Shown here: positions 12,851 to 27,063 of the stretch, piece by piece
Numbering within the stretch: the stretch's first letter is position 1
Layout: each line of letters begins with the position of its first letter
Assembly (NCBI GenBank): GCA_973895155.1
Contig: OZ316897.1
Coordinates: 9,633,832-9,697,831, forward strand
Reading direction: 5' to 3'
Length of the DNA stretch: 64,000 nt
Source of the DNA: Marsupella aquatica
Lineage: Eukaryota; Plantae; Marchantiophyta
Translations under genes and position numbers: made by a program
The notes under the pieces: model-generated
Databases searched by the model: none
What the model saw: the letters and a program-made list of their open reading frames with translations, nothing else
What the model was told of the DNA's origin: nothing

Positions 12851-15033
12851 CTAGTGGAGCTTAACAAATAGTACCCACCCAGGGGGGGAACCAATCACCA
12901 CGATGTGCTCCTAAGCTTAAGGCAACACTGCTCATGCAACACTCCTCTTAAAGCCCCACTGTCCATGACAAAACCAGGTTTCATCATTTTTAGTATCTTT
13001 TCCTAATATTGTGGAGCAAAGTCTCACCCGAGAAGAGAGAAAAGTAAAAAAGTAAGGAGTTTGGACACTTCTCCTTTTATATGGACAATGGTGGTTTAAT
13101 CAGGCGCAGGAAATCAGAGATAATAAGTTAAGCTTACCTAACATAAACAAATCCTACCTAACAGAAATATTATCTAAAGAAGAAAACACTAAACACTAAA
13201 CTATGTACTTTTGGTGTGTAACAAAGTAAAGTTCCCAACAGTTTCCTGTATCTTTGCTCATAAATTCACCAAAAATTAGACGTTCTGAGAAGTACGTCAA
13301 AGATCCAAATCACACAGCCGCGACAGAAACAATAATTTCAGCCCGAAGTATGTCTTTGCGCCTTGATTTGGTGCTCACAATGTGATAGCTTTCTAAATTC
13401 GCTAGTGAAGTTCATGCTCAGAGATGGTAAATGCACTTGCGAGCTATGCAATTTGGGACATGGCCGGATTCTGATTCGTGCTTTTCGTCTGTGAAAATTG
13501 TGTGTTGTCAGTTGAACTTCCCTGCTACTCCACTTACTACTTACCTCTCGTAGACGACAATATGCATATTGGTTTACGAACTGGAGATCCAGACGATGAT
13601 TTGTAGGAGGGGAAGAGAAAAGAGATGTCGAAAGGAGGGCGCAGTCGAAGTCGAAGAAGGAATAGTGTGGAATGGTTGTCGCAGAGTAGACAGACGGTGT
13701 GCAAGTGGATGTCAGTGGAATGGCTGTAGACCTAGCAGCACAACAAAACGGAATTAGTTGAACTACGCTCGCTGTGGTGCACCAGGAACATTGTTGAGTA
13801 AACACTGTGCACTAGCATTATTTACCTGACCGGGCCAAAAGATAAAATGACCGGGTCAGAAGGTGTCAGGTTGACCGGGGCCAAAGAGTATCAGGAATGC
13901 CGTGGACTACTGGACTCCACCAGGTTTTTCTCTTGGGTAGTGGCGGTTTAATTAATCATGCACACGTCTTATGATTTTGTCAGATAACGCAAACCGCAGC
14001 TTCCGACACCACGCGCACAAGACAAGTTCAAAAGTCGTCAACAAGTCAACCAAACTTCTTCTATTGTTCAAAGAGATGGAACTTTACTTTTACTCCATGT
14101 GCCGTATCGTCTTTCCTGACTAAATATGGAAAGTAAGAAGCGATCGACGGACAGTGCATAGCGGTATATAGCTCCAATGTTTCTGCGAAAGTGGTGTGTT
14201 TCGAAAGCAGAAAAGTGTGGAACAGGATTTACCATCCTTCATTTCTGAGAGGTATGAATTCTCGCTTTCCCGCATAGCGAGCGAGGCCCCACAACATTGT
14301 GACGAATTGGTGACCGCAGACTGCAATCCAAAGAAAAGGAAATTTCGCAGGACTTCCGTCGAAAGGCTTCTCGAAGGAGCTACCTCAGAAGTCGTCCAAC
14401 GCGTTCGCTGTACTGAATTAAGTGTGGGGCCCGGTCCTGTGCTTAACGAGTAGGTTGTTTGTCTAGTATGTCGGAGCCGCATCGGTTCACTCCGGCTATG
14501 GGGCGCTGAGCGAGAGCCTGAGGTGATCGACATACAAATGTTTGGATTTCCGAGACTGCAGTTAATTCGAACCATTGTCGGACACAGAGTTGCTAATACA
14601 TGATCTAAATCCTCTACACCATTCTGACGTAGCTAAACTGGCGCTCCCGTACTCCGGTAATTGTTGGAAGGCTAATTGTCCTACAATTATACGAGAGCTA
14701 CAAGCGGAAAATCTAGCTACAAGCGGGAAAACTGAGTCGCCCTCGGGAGCACAATAGTTGTGCAGTACGTGCGATGGCAACGTCTGTTGAGGATGGGCAT
14801 CCAGTGACCTTGTCAGATCGAAGACCTATCGGCCAAATGGATGATAAGGTACGGGAAGACTTGATGGTCAGTGTCAGTATTAACGTACAAGTAATGGTAG
14901 CGTATGGTCAACGATATAGCTCTTCTCGACGTGAAGTCTCATCGCTTTGTGAGTTTAGGACCTCTGTTATTAACTCCAGTACTGAATACATTCTTGTCCA
15001 GTACCTGCTTGATCTGTGACTGATACCAATTGT

Positions 15034-18000
15034 ATGAGTAAACCTTACTTGGCAATTGAATGTAGACTGTTCAGAATAAAGAGATTGGGTTCAAATTCCG
15101 CTGCTGAGGTGTCTTGTGTAGAGTTATACAGTCGTAACTCTGGAGTTCGTGGTCCAAGCCCACAGGATGCCGAAGAAACCGATGAGAGCTTTGTGCTACC
15201 TCTGGACTTCTCCCGCAATGGCAAATGGTGGTATGCAACCTATCACAACGTCACCGCCATTGTGGGAGCCGGTGTGCTTGGTCTTCCAACGGCAATGGTC
15301 TATCTTGGCTGGTGAGTCTTACGATCAATCACCATTTTCATGATTTTTGATTTTATTGCAATGTAAGTCTGACACCATTTTCATGGTTTTTCATTTTATT
15401 GCAATGTCAGTCTGACTACTAGAGTAGTTAGAGCAAGAATGGCTGAATAATTTGAGGACTCTTTGGATGCGAAGTCGGTCCAGTTGAACTGAGATAAGTT
15501 GACGAGACTTTACGTGTTGACTTGGCGCAGGGGGGCGGGTGCCGTCGTCCTCGTCATGTCCTGGTTCATCACCCTCTTCACGTTGTGGCAGATGGTGGAG
15601 CTCCATGAGACCGAGGACGGTGACAGGGCAGATACTTACTACCAGCTTGGGCAAAAAGCTTTTGGACCGACCCTGGGCCTATGGATTGTCCTGTCCCAGC
15701 AGGTCATACATCAGGTGGGGACGAACATTGTGTACATGATCACAGGAGGCTATGCTCTCTGGCATTTCTACGTGCTGATTCATTGTCCACACATTGCGCT
15801 GGTGGCCGTAGGAGCCGGAAACCAGTGTTGCGGAAAACTTGGGAGAGCCGCATTCGTCGTCTTCTTCGCCCTGTTTCCGCTTGTTTTGGCCCAGCTTTCG
15901 GATTTCAACTCCATCGCCAGCGTGAGCTTGCTATCTTCTATGATGTCCATCTGGTATGTATTAGCCTAGCTTCTTCTGCACATTCTCATTGTCAAGTTAC
16001 TATATAGATTTCCTATTGATGGAGACAGAGGGATAGAATGACTGGTTGATTTTCCAGTCCTCGCAGACAGAGAGAGAATTCCTGTCCAGTATGTATGTAC
16101 TGGTTCCTCTGCACACAAGTGATATGTTTCAAGATTTCAATTCTTGCATCCTTGAGCATCCATAAAGTCTAATATTGATTGCTTGGGGCGCAGTTATTGT
16201 ATGATTGCGTGGATCGACTCTCTGCATTTGGGCAAGTCAAATCATTCAGATTTTGCGGATCCCGTGAAACCTCTGGCTGTTTGCCCCACTTCCTACCAGT
16301 TTTCTGGTGCGAATGCCCTGGCGACAGATTATTTACCTCGCATCAGAGAATCAGACCAAGTGTTTGGAGCCATGTCGGCACTCGGAATTGTGCTTTTCGC
16401 ACATTCTGGTCATAATGTGGTCCTCGAGATACAAGCCACCCTCCCCTCCACCCTGAAATGTCCGTCCAAGATTGCGATGTGGAGGGGGGTAATGGTGGCA
16501 TACATAGTTGTGGCGTTCTGTTACTTCCCCGTCGCTTTTGCTGGCTATTGGGCATTTGGAACAACCTTGCCTACCCGTGGAGCTTCAACTGGAAATCCAC
16601 GGAGCGGCAACATTTTGCTCCAGTTGGGTGAGCCAAGAGCACTAATTGCGACGGCCAATTTGTTTGTTGCAATACATCTGGCTGGCGGTTACCTGGTATG
16701 CACAGTACCACCTTGCCATAATGAGCGCTTCCAATGTATAGTCCACTCCTGATCTTTTTGAAGCCCAGAAGCTAGCAACCCGGGAACTGCTGTTGTGATC
16801 TTGCAATTCTTTCTTTTTCCACGTGCAATATTGAAAATACGCGTATCGTTCTAATTATACTACTACCTCAGTTACGGTAGAAATGGGCCTTTCTAATTTA
16901 TGAGAAATAAGGAATGAAACCTGTACTTTGAAATTGAATTGGACACTCACCACTGTCTAGCCTACCCTTTCGATGTAAGCTGGCTTCAATCTTAGACACT
17001 AGGCCAGGAACCTACCCAGGGCCGGGGCTTTATTATTTAGATCATCCAACTTGAAGGAATGTGTAGACCTGGATCATAACAGATGATTGTACAAGTCGGA
17101 GTAAATAAGTGGGTTGTTCCCCTGTGCAGGTGTATGCAATGCCAATGTTCGACTTGATGGAGAAGATTTTGGTCAAGCGGTTTGGCTTCAAGCCTACTCC
17201 ACCGGGAGGCACTTCAATGATGCGAATTGTCACTAGAAGTACTTACGTTCGTAAGTTGTCTGCTGAAAACATTTTTCCTTTGTCATTTTACAGTAATATG
17301 GCATTGTCAGGAATTGTGAAAAGCTTTTCAGTTCTTGACAGGATTGCTTTGGTATATAACGCTTATTACCCTGCAATTCCTGACAACCTTGTTTTTCAAG
17401 GTTCTGCCATGTGACGCCTTTCATTTGTTGTCTGCAAAGTGATCTAACATGTTTGGTTTGTTTTGCAGTGTGCACGGCGTCTGTCGCTTTGGCTTTCCCG
17501 TTCTTCAAAGATTTACTCGGTTTTGTGGGAGGAATTGCAATGACTCCGACCACCTACTTTGTATGCACTAAGAACTTCTCTTCAATCAATCTAATCATGG
17601 ATGTTGGGCATGCAGCACCCTTGCTATGATGTCTTGAATACGTCTACTTGAAGAATTCTGCGTTCAAGTGCAATGAAGTTTCATTACTCATGAACCAAAG
17701 AGTAATACCAAGAAAACAACCATTGTTGACGTCCAAAATTGCTCTGTGCAGATGCCTTGCATCCTATGGTTGAAATTGAAAAAACCCAAGGTTTTCAGCG
17801 TCTCTTGGCTGATCAATTGGGTAGGTGTTATTGTTTCCTAATTGGTTATCTTAACGTCTATTCTTGCTCATTTATTCTCACTTCTTCCTTTTAGAGATAA
17901 TTGTAATTCCTTGGCTTAATCTCGTGACTCGGATAGGTGTTAAATTTGACACCGTCATTGGGGTTTACTATCCCAAGTAAATAGACACTGCTAATCTTGT

Positions 18001-18282
18001 ATGCAGTTATTTAATAACTTTAATTTGTAATTGCAGGCTTTGATAGTCATCGGGGTGATCATGGGATTATTAGCTTCAATCGGTGGGCTCAGGAACATTA
18101 TTGTGGATGCTTCTATTGAGGAGCATTTAGATTATCTAGATTGTACTGATACCATTCAGTATCCCAGACATTGTTCGCTTAAGTCGCTCAATGCTACTGG
18201 TAGGTACAAGTTCTTCGATGAATTTTCTTGTAAAAGTACTAGTAATTTTACCTCTGTAATTTGTAAAGTGCACTTTCAGTAA
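15034..18282 (+). CDS. Lysine/histidine transporter (LHT)-like amino-acid permease, AAAP family; 5' end uncertain
   Basis: Exons ?-15311, 15531-15953, 16194-16695, 17130-17250, 17469-17560, 17752-17820, 18037-18282, with GT-AG borders in phase. Motifs: SRNGKWWY, HNVTAIVGAGVLGLP, TLWQMVELHE, GHNVVLEIQATLPST, AFCYFPVAFAGYWAFG, VYAMPMFD, FPFFKDLLGFVGG, PTTYFMPCILWL, IGGLRNII. The start at 15034 is only the nearest in-frame ATG. Confidence 0.9.
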
Positions 18283-19781
18283 TTTTTCCCACTCAGCCTT
18301 TCGGGATGGGGTGCCCCTCCCAAGTAGAAATTTTAATCAATTGGGTTTGCTGTCAAAGAGAATACATACATGAAACAAATCCTACGAGTATAGATAGGAT
18401 TGATTCTGTTCCTCTTGGGGTGTGAGCTATTGATATTCTGTTTCTTTACCAGTGAATGTACCTTTTCCAGTGGGGCAGTTGTAACTTACAAAGCATTCAA
18501 TTTTAGGATAGGATAGGATACATTAAACCCTTAAGTAGATTACCGATGGAGATGTGGAGACACAGTTATGTAAAGTAGTATTTATTCCAAAACTGCAAAA
18601 CGTGAGTAAGCTAGCCTGAGTAAGAGGTGAACACAAAAAAGTACCTTGCAAAAAAGAAGATTCCTGGCTGTTTCTTTTCATGTTTCCCCCGCTCTGTTTT
18701 TTGTCTACAACCCCACTGTCAGTTATGCCCATAGTTAGAGGGACTATTCCTGTTCACCTTTCCCCTCTATATTTTTAGTTTGCACCTTCACTTTCAGTTC
18801 TGTTCTTAATTAGAGTCACTGCCTTGAGGTTTCCCTTTAGCCTTACAGTAGGCCCAGAGAGCAGCTTTTGATTGCTATTATATACTTACTAGCCTTGACT
18901 ACCCGGAAAGAGATGAGAACCAAAAGGTAACTTGCACAAAAAATTATTCCTAGATGTTTTGGTTCATCTTTTACTCTGTGTTTTGAGAGTTAGAGTAGAG
19001 TCACGGTCTAGAGGCTTCACTCTGGACCCCGTAGACCTTTGCAGTAGCTTCAGTTCACGAATTATTAATAAGATAGATAGACAGACTGCCATAATGGGAG
19101 TAAAGCAAAATATGTCCTAGTATTACATTCAATTTGTGCCCTACTCTACTCGACCATTGGATGAAGTCTTTCCCTGGAACCTAAGCATGCATGGCCGTAT
19201 ATTTGAATTATTACAGTCATACGGTTACTCCATTCCTTTAGCACATCTGTTTTGGTGGACTAAAGACAGGTGAAGATGTTTTGGGGACACCTAACAAAAT
19301 GCTCAAAATAATATAAAAATGCTAAAGCCAATTGACCTTGGTCATAGGTTACAGCCATCCATGCTACCACCGTCTCTTGGTTTACTTCAATCCCACGCTT
19401 GAATACCTGGTGGCCTGAGTAAGTTGGAAGGGACCTCTAGTGTGGTCTGTAAATACATCTTCATTTTCATTATTTTATACAAGACTATTATTTTAATAAA
19501 TTTTAAAATGAGATGATAACCTAGCATATATAGACTTTGTGAAGTACTTAAAATTGTAAAGCACTAGAAAGATTCAAGAGTACATTCCAGTCCCACTTGC
19601 CGATTTAGTTTCAACCCTTGATGTGGACCATTAGCTTTTTGTCACATTTGCTATGAATGATGAGGACCTCTGTCCATAGTTTTAGTTCCTCTTTTTTGGT
19701 TTTTAGGGGTTTCTTTTTGCACACTACTTTTGCGTTTGGTTTTGTCCACATGCACTAGTAGAAAACGGGGTCAACTATGAC

Positions 19782-20820
19782 TTCACATAGGACTAGGGTA
19801 TGACTCACTTAGGACTCACTTTCACTTGAGTCATTTCTAGGACTCAAGTCATTTGTCTTGCCACTCAAATGGTCAAGAGTCATTCGAATGACTCTTGTGT
19901 AAATTACTCCACTAGTCATCAAAAATGTCTATAGTAGTCATGACATATGACTTTAATTTAGTAAAGTTACACTGCACAGTCATAACAAATGTTTGAACTA
20001 GTCTTTAAAAACAACTCAAATTCTTGTAAAAATGACTTGGCTGGTGATACCAACTAACTCCACTTGCCATTTATATGGCTCCCCTAGTCTTGACATATGA
20101 CGTAGCTGCTGTAAAACCCCACTCCATGGTCCTAACAAATGTCTGAACTAGGCTCCACAAACAACTGATATTGTTGTAAAATTTGACTTAGCTGGTCAAA
20201 AAATATCACTCCTTTTGCCATTACTATGACTCTACAAGTCATAACATAGTACATAGTTTGATGTAAAGCCCCACTCCATGGTCATAACAAAAGTCTGAAC
20301 CATTCGTTCCAAACAGCTCATATTGTTGTAAAAGTTTACTAAGCTGGTCATAAAACATGACTCCACTTGCCATTACAATGCCTCCAACAACAACTCCTCT
20401 ATTCATAAGAAATAGCTCCCCTTGTTGTCAAAAACTACTCCATTTGTCATAATAAATGGCTCCACCAGTATTTACAAACCACTAACCTGCCTGTAAATAA
20501 TAGGCTTCACCAGTCATAGCAGATGACTTTACTAGTCCTTTTAATGACTCAGACTGTTGCCACAATACATGTGCTAGTTATAACCAAATACTCATTTTGT
20601 TGTAAAACACCACTTCACTGATCATTACAAATGACTTGCCTGGTTGTAATAAACTGCCCTTCATGTCGTAAGTAGTGACCACAAGAGTGAAAATTAATGA
20701 CTTTTTTGGTTGTATGTATGGATTGGGTATAGGGTAACTTAGGGTTTAAACAGTTACAATTGAAGAGTCTCTTTGTTGTAACTAACTACTAGTGGTGTAA
20801 TAGGCAATGAATGAGTCACA
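19782..20820. repeat. CACTA subterminal repeat region
   Basis: Dense ATGAC/GTCAT motifs plus three ~150-bp degenerate units (gtc[ac]taacaaa..gt[tc]tgaac at ~19979, 20129, 20281). The same motifs recur at ~57810-57915. Confidence 0.8.
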
Positions 20821-21195
20821 ATCACTAGTATCATATTAAGAAGAAAATTGAACAGATCATTCAAATTGAGCAAGGAGAACTATTATTTTTTAGAATCACC
20901 CTAGTACTGAAAACATCCACAAGCATTGCAAAAGGTAGAGAGTGACAACCACTCTGCCCAAGAATATTACCACAAATTGCACAATCTCTCATACTGTTTT
21001 TTTTCCTGAAACACATGAAGTGCCATGGGAAAGGAAGCCGCAAAGGCAATACAAGGGCCAAAACAGCCAAAAAGGGAATACAAGGGCCAAAATAGCCAAA
21101 AAGGGGCCAAGCAGATCAGAACAAATTTACTTGGACAACAAGGTACTACATTCCTACACATTGTACCTTTCCTACTTGTCTGAAACTCATTTCAA

Positions 21196-23160
21196 TCAAG
21201 ACTGAATGCCTTGCCTCACATGGGCTGTTGGCCATAGTACCAAGGAGCTAATTGCATCTCCAACAAGTAGTTGAGGTGGGTCATCTCGCATATTTGGAGA
21301 TGGCAATGGATACTTTGGCTTACTAATCAAATTCAAATGCACAACACTAAAACCATCTGGTACTTCCATACCATGAAATAGGTGATGATCAGCCCTTACT
21401 AAGCCATAAGCCACCACCTCAAGACCACCATCTTCAAAGACACCATATAAGCTGTGCACTGGCTCTGACTCTGTTGTCACCTCCTTTGCACTCCCACTTC
21501 TTCTACTCTTCCGTGGGACTCTGTAATCATTCCCACTACTTGGAATAATTTTCCGCTTGTAAGTACGTGAAACCTGCAAATTAACTCCAGGGTCAGTATG
21601 TTTGCCATCTCTAACAATTTCACTTTTATTGCCTGCTCTTCAGCCAACTGTATCATGCAGCTTCCAAGCAATACAAGACTCTTCTGGTAGAAGCTGTACT
21701 CCACTCACCTCACCGGCTTGGACAGGTGTAGACTCATCCCGTACCACTTTCTCATTTGAAGACTCACCAAATTGGGTCACGGCCAAGTGATGCCTTTGCT
21801 TGGGAGCCTTACCCAAAGGTTTTTTGGACATGCCCTCCTCCAGGCCTTCTTTTCCATCTACACCTCCATTGAGCAATGTGTACAGTATCAGTTTTCATTG
21901 CTTGTATATATCCCTAACAAGTACACATACAACCCAAATTATTCAATTTCAAACAATAAGTAAAAAATGATTAATGAATGTCTCACCTCGTTTATCCATA
22001 CTAATGTCATTTGGAGACACCATCTTGGTATTCCCAACTGCATTTTCAACCGCTTCACTTGGTGATGTAACATGTCCTTGCATTCCTTGAACCATTGAGG
22101 TCAAGTGTTTAATTCCATCCATGAGGAACTTAAAATCGTGCTCTTGCCTTGACTTACATTCCATGATGGCGGAGTTTATATTATCAAAATGATTCTCTAT
22201 CATCTCTGAGAGACCATTAAGAACAAAGGTATTGCCAGCCTGTAACACAATATTGTGAGTGAGAGACTTTCTAAGTTAGTGTCACTTATAATCATATGCT
22301 AAAAATGCAAAATAAACAACAGATTAAAGCTTTGTTTTTTACTATCCCTGTCACTTGCCTGACTGCTCTTCTGGCTTAAGGCTTCAGCCCGCACCTCCTC
22401 TTTGGTGGGGGATTGCCCATTGAGGGTTTTCTGCATGAATCAAAGTTACCAAATGTTATCTTACCCATCATTGCTCAACACACAATCCATGATGAAAACA
22501 ATTATTCAGTACATTTATCAGGTTCAATCATCATTGACATACAACCCATATCATGACATGTAACACAAGGCTAGGGGAATGTTTACCAGATGTTCTCGAA
22601 TTGGGGCATTGCCACCTCTGCCTCTTACACTAGGGTTCTTCACACTGGCCCTAGCAAAAGACATTCTTTCACTTCTTTGCTTACTAGACTCAAGACTAAA
22701 ATGATTGACTAGTCTTGCCCATTGTTCACTTTGCACCGATGGGGGTGGGGGCATTCTTCTACCATCTCTACATTTCTCCTGCCATAGCTTCCGTAGTCGA
22801 AACCTCTCAGTTTTAAGATTTTTGTTGCACCTGCCTTAAGACAACGCTGATTTACTCCCTTCCCATTATTACCAACATACTCATAGCGCCCACGGATGTA
22901 GGAAGCAACACTATTCCAATCCCCTGCATCCTGATCTGCAAAGTTAATAATGCTTACATCCAACCACCTCAATACTTCTTGTCTAAAATCAGCCTGCCAA
23001 CTGTTTTTGCCCACACTAGCGGTAGTAACCCAACCATCTGCGTTCACAGTAACTGACCCATACTTTTCATGACCCTCTGTTACATTGTTGTTTGCAGTAC
23101 TTGGTTGGGTATAAATATTGCACCTCCCTGTTGCAAATGACAGAATACTTAGTGTCACTA
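21196..23160 (-). pseudogene. CACTA TnpA/Transposase_24-like multi-exon gene, frameshifted
   Basis: PPPSVQSEQWARLVNHFSLESSKQRSERMSFARASVKNPSVRGRGG resembles the Ptta/En/Spm (Transposase_24) core. It lies downstream of TnpD on the same strand; ORFs 22709-23158 and 22551-22754 overlap in different frames. Confidence 0.7.
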
Positions 23161-24509
23161 AGAGAATCCAATTGATTTAATTCTAAAAATATGTTCACAA
23201 AATAATACCTCCATTACCTGTTTGAGTGTTAAATTGATCCAAGGGAGCACTGCAGCCTTGTTGTGGTCCACTGTTATTCTCAGCATGTGCATTCCACCAG
23301 TTGTTGCCATTTCTGCCTTTGGAGCTATGACCCACTTTTGGTGGATTTGTGTAGTAACTCTGTTCATCATAATTTCCCCAATGTGGCATGCTGGGATCTG
23401 CATAACATGTAAACTCATCTCATTGGTGAACAATAGAATCATCAGGAGCATGACACCACAAAATACCAATGCAGCCTTTAATAGAGTCATTCGAACAATA
23501 CTCACCAATCCTGTGTTCAGCCCTATCATCATAGCCCTGTGATCGTGGCCCATGTATGTCAGACAAACGTGTACCTTGGCCAATGTGTGCCCTATGAATT
23601 GTGGGAGTACTGTATCCTTTTGTCATTGGAGTGTTCATAACACTCGCTTTGTGTGGCCCACGATAAGACTTTGGGGCCCCTCCAGAATAGCCATGACTAG
23701 TATGAAATTCTGTAGTCTTACTCTGTAGGAGAAATCAAGCATTGAACATTAATTACAAAGGACACCACTAAAACTACAAAGGGCACCACTTCCGACGATT
23801 TTTCTTCAACTTAATAACAAATGATCCCAATATGGTCTCGTCATTGACTGCATTCTATATATTTGCAATATTAAAATAAAATTTGATTTCAAACCTGATG
23901 GATTTCTGGTGTGAACTGTATAGGCTCCTCATCATCTCCCAACGGAGTAATATTATCTGAGTCGTCAAGATCATATTTGCCATCATCTCTCACATAGTCT
24001 CCATCAGGTAACAAAGCATCTGTGTCATCCTTAGACTTTGTCATTGCACGCTTAGACAATGACAATAGTCTCTCACTTTGCCTAAGAGGTCTTGTACTGT
24101 GGTAATGCTTCTTGTGTGATTGCTTCCGCTTGCCTTGTTTTAAATTGCTATTGACCCTGCATGTGGTCAACTGCTCAGATCACATGCATATTAAAAATCA
24201 TGAATACATGCGAAGTAGCATATGAATAGGACCAAACAATAAACACATCACAGACAAAACATCTCTCCTTGCTTACAATTCAGCCCATCCTTTCCTCAGA
24301 TCAGCCTCCAATTCAGCAATAGCCTTATCCACAATGGCTCGTTGTGCCAATGCTTGCCTTTCATACTCACCCACTTCATGCATGTTGTCCATGTTCTGGA
24401 TGTTTTCACAATGTGTATGCAATTTCCAAGACATCATAAAACAAAACAAAAAGGTACATTTTATAGTTTTGCAATCAATGCATGCTTATTTAGGGTTTGC
24501 AGAGTTTTG

Positions 24510-25769
24510 TTATTCATCCTCGACCTCTACAAATGGCATCTCCCCTTCCCCTTCCCAAATTTCTACTCTGGTTAGAGGAATATAATCTATCCCAGATTGA
24601 GTAACACAAGCAGACTGAACGTGAGGTTGCTCAAAGGCTTTGTGATCATCCAAACTGAACTCTACTGCCTGCTTTTCCACTCTCCGACTCCGGGCTTGCT
24701 TATGGCAAACAACTCGCCATCCAGGGGAACCCTCCACATCAAGGAAGAAAGCCTGCTCCACTTGAGATGGAAATACAAATGGCTCCTCCCACTCTCCCAA
24801 TCTTTGGTTGAAATTTGCTAGCAAGAATCCGTCCTGGTCCCGCTTCATGGTGGGCCGTCCTCCACGCCAATCTGGTCTTACCCATGCACCTTTCATGATA
24901 ATCACTTTTTCAGTTGTTCCCCCATAATTGAGAACCCAAATTGCATCCAACTCTCCCACATAGCCCATTTCCATCCACCTCTGTTGTCGGGGATTTTGGT
25001 GCTCAAATACAGAAATCAACCCAGAATCATATGATACAAAATTATCAGTCTCCTCCCCTCCCCTTACTCTGAAGTGATTCCCATATGTTGTCATCTGCTT
25101 GTAACTTTGAATAGTTCTTCTGGGTGCATTGGACATCAGATACACATCTCTATCCATATTTGGATGATCTCTGTGATGATGTCGAATTACATCACGGATC
25201 CATTCTGCCTTCAGAGGAAAGCTTGAAAAGTTGTTGATAGAATGGGCTTTCTTTTGCCTCTCATACTCCCTGACACAACACAAATCAGCAGGATTAAATT
25301 AGCTTGCCTCACTAAACAGTACCGGCATAACCAAGCACAAAGCAAATTGTACAGACATTATAAGCATAGAAATTATAGGGGGGAATGGTGTGCTCACTCC
25401 AACCATGGGCGCATGCCCTCCGTGTTTTGTAAAACAAAGTCATGAGCAAGATCTTTCACTCTCTCACTCAATCTGAATGACCTGCTAGCACCTTTCAGCA
25501 CTTCATGGGTAACTCCATCATCTGATTCACTCTGCCATACCCTCCTCTTTACATGCTCATACTCTGCCATGTACTCCGAGAGGTACCCCAATGTCTCATC
25601 CTTCATGTAACCCAAGGCCATACTAGCCTCAGGCCTATAATATGTCCTTATATGACCTTTCAGTAACTTCATGTAGCGCTCTAATGGGTACATCCACCTA
25701 GCACCCACAGGTCCAAAGTGACCTACTTCTTCTACAGCATGAATAATCAAATGAGTCATCACATCAAAG
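24510..25769 (-). pseudogene. CACTA TnpD transposase C-terminal half (DUF4218- and DUF4216-like), 5'-truncated
   Basis: FDVMTHLIIHAVEEVGHFGPVGARWMYPLERYMKLLKGHIR..RPEASMALGY and YGNHFRV..YDSG..YVGELDAIW..EPFVFPSQVEQAFF..WRVV. Homology stops at 25769, where a duplicated block begins. Confidence 0.9.
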
Positions 25770-26839
25770 ACAGAAAAATATGCAAATGTTCCCTTCCCCG
25801 TTGACTGTCCACCCGAGACGAAAGCATTTGAAATCCATATTTAATCATGGTCATTGAAGACTATAGACATGTGTGCGGTACCTGAATAATCATGAAATTA
25901 CTTTCGTGTACAGTGGCATGCATGTGTATTACCAACAGAAATCCTCCAGGTCCCCTCTTCATTACAGAGTACGCTTTGGTATCTCCATAGGTATCTTGCT
26001 AGTGTTCCTGCCGTCTGGAAAATTGAGAAGGAAATTAACTCATCGTGCACATGAAGCCTCTCGTCCATGGACATGCTTTTGTTAATTAACTTCAACAATT
26101 CTACTGAGACGTACGGGGCTTATTACGACTATTCCTTTCAATGTTATCAATCGACCACGAATCTTTGACTGGAGGAATTAGTTGACAATGTTTGACTGGA
26201 GGAATTGACAACAATGTTGAGAAGTCAAGAACGAGGAGCTTACAAAGATGTTGTTGTTTTCCGACAGAACTCCTAACCCCGCAGAAGCAAATTTACTTGT
26301 TGCACAAGTACTAAACCGCATGGGAAAGATGGCACCAGCGGAAGTCCCATATAATTTACTGGAAAAACATGTCGTGCATCCAATTTGGTCATTATATTCA
26401 CGTAATCCGATGACAAAGCATAAGACACTTTCGGGTTTTGCCAATTTTTGTGATCCTAATGTTTCCCCATGGACACGTAGGTGCTTACAAGTTGGATTTT
26501 GACTGCTAACTGTGACTTACTGTCCCAGTCAGGGTTCCTAAGATCTATAATGGTCATGCTCCTACATACCATGCACACTTCAACCAGGCAGGCATGCACA
26601 CAAGTTTCACTTCAGGTAGCGCACCATATATTTAGCTGCAAAATAGAGTAATAAAACAACAGAAAAATATGCAAATGTTCCCTTCCCCGTTGACTGTCCA
26701 CCCGAGACGAAAGCATTTGAAATCCATATTTAATCATGGTCATTGAAGACTATAGACATGTGTGCGGTACCTGAATAATCATGAAATTACTTTTGTGTAC
26801 AGTGGCATGCACGTGTATTACCAACAGAAATCCTCCAGG
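25770..26839. repeat. 181-bp near-identical direct repeat (25770-25950 and 26659-26839)
   Basis: acagaaaaatatgcaaatgttcc...cagaaatcctccagg occurs twice with about two mismatches. Confidence 0.92.
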
Positions 26840-27063
26840 AACTGTTTCATAGCTCCTCTGAAAATACATGTTTCATGTACAGTCCTTCGCAAAAGACTTA
26901 CCGGATCAACAAGCATGCGGGAAGCTTTGCTTGCCTGGAAAACCCTAGTGCTCGTATTTCCTAGGATCCCATAGGTACTCCCATGGATGGCCGCAATGAC
27001 GCCAGCCCTTCATCACATCAAACGGTAGAGAGTAGGCATAGGGGTAGGTGAAAATCCAACGGT

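Noticed and set aside
13338-15019. Several 60-155-aa ORFs upstream of the LHT gene
   Set aside because: No recognisable domains. Some could be 5' exons of the LHT gene, but this cannot be supported without transcripts.
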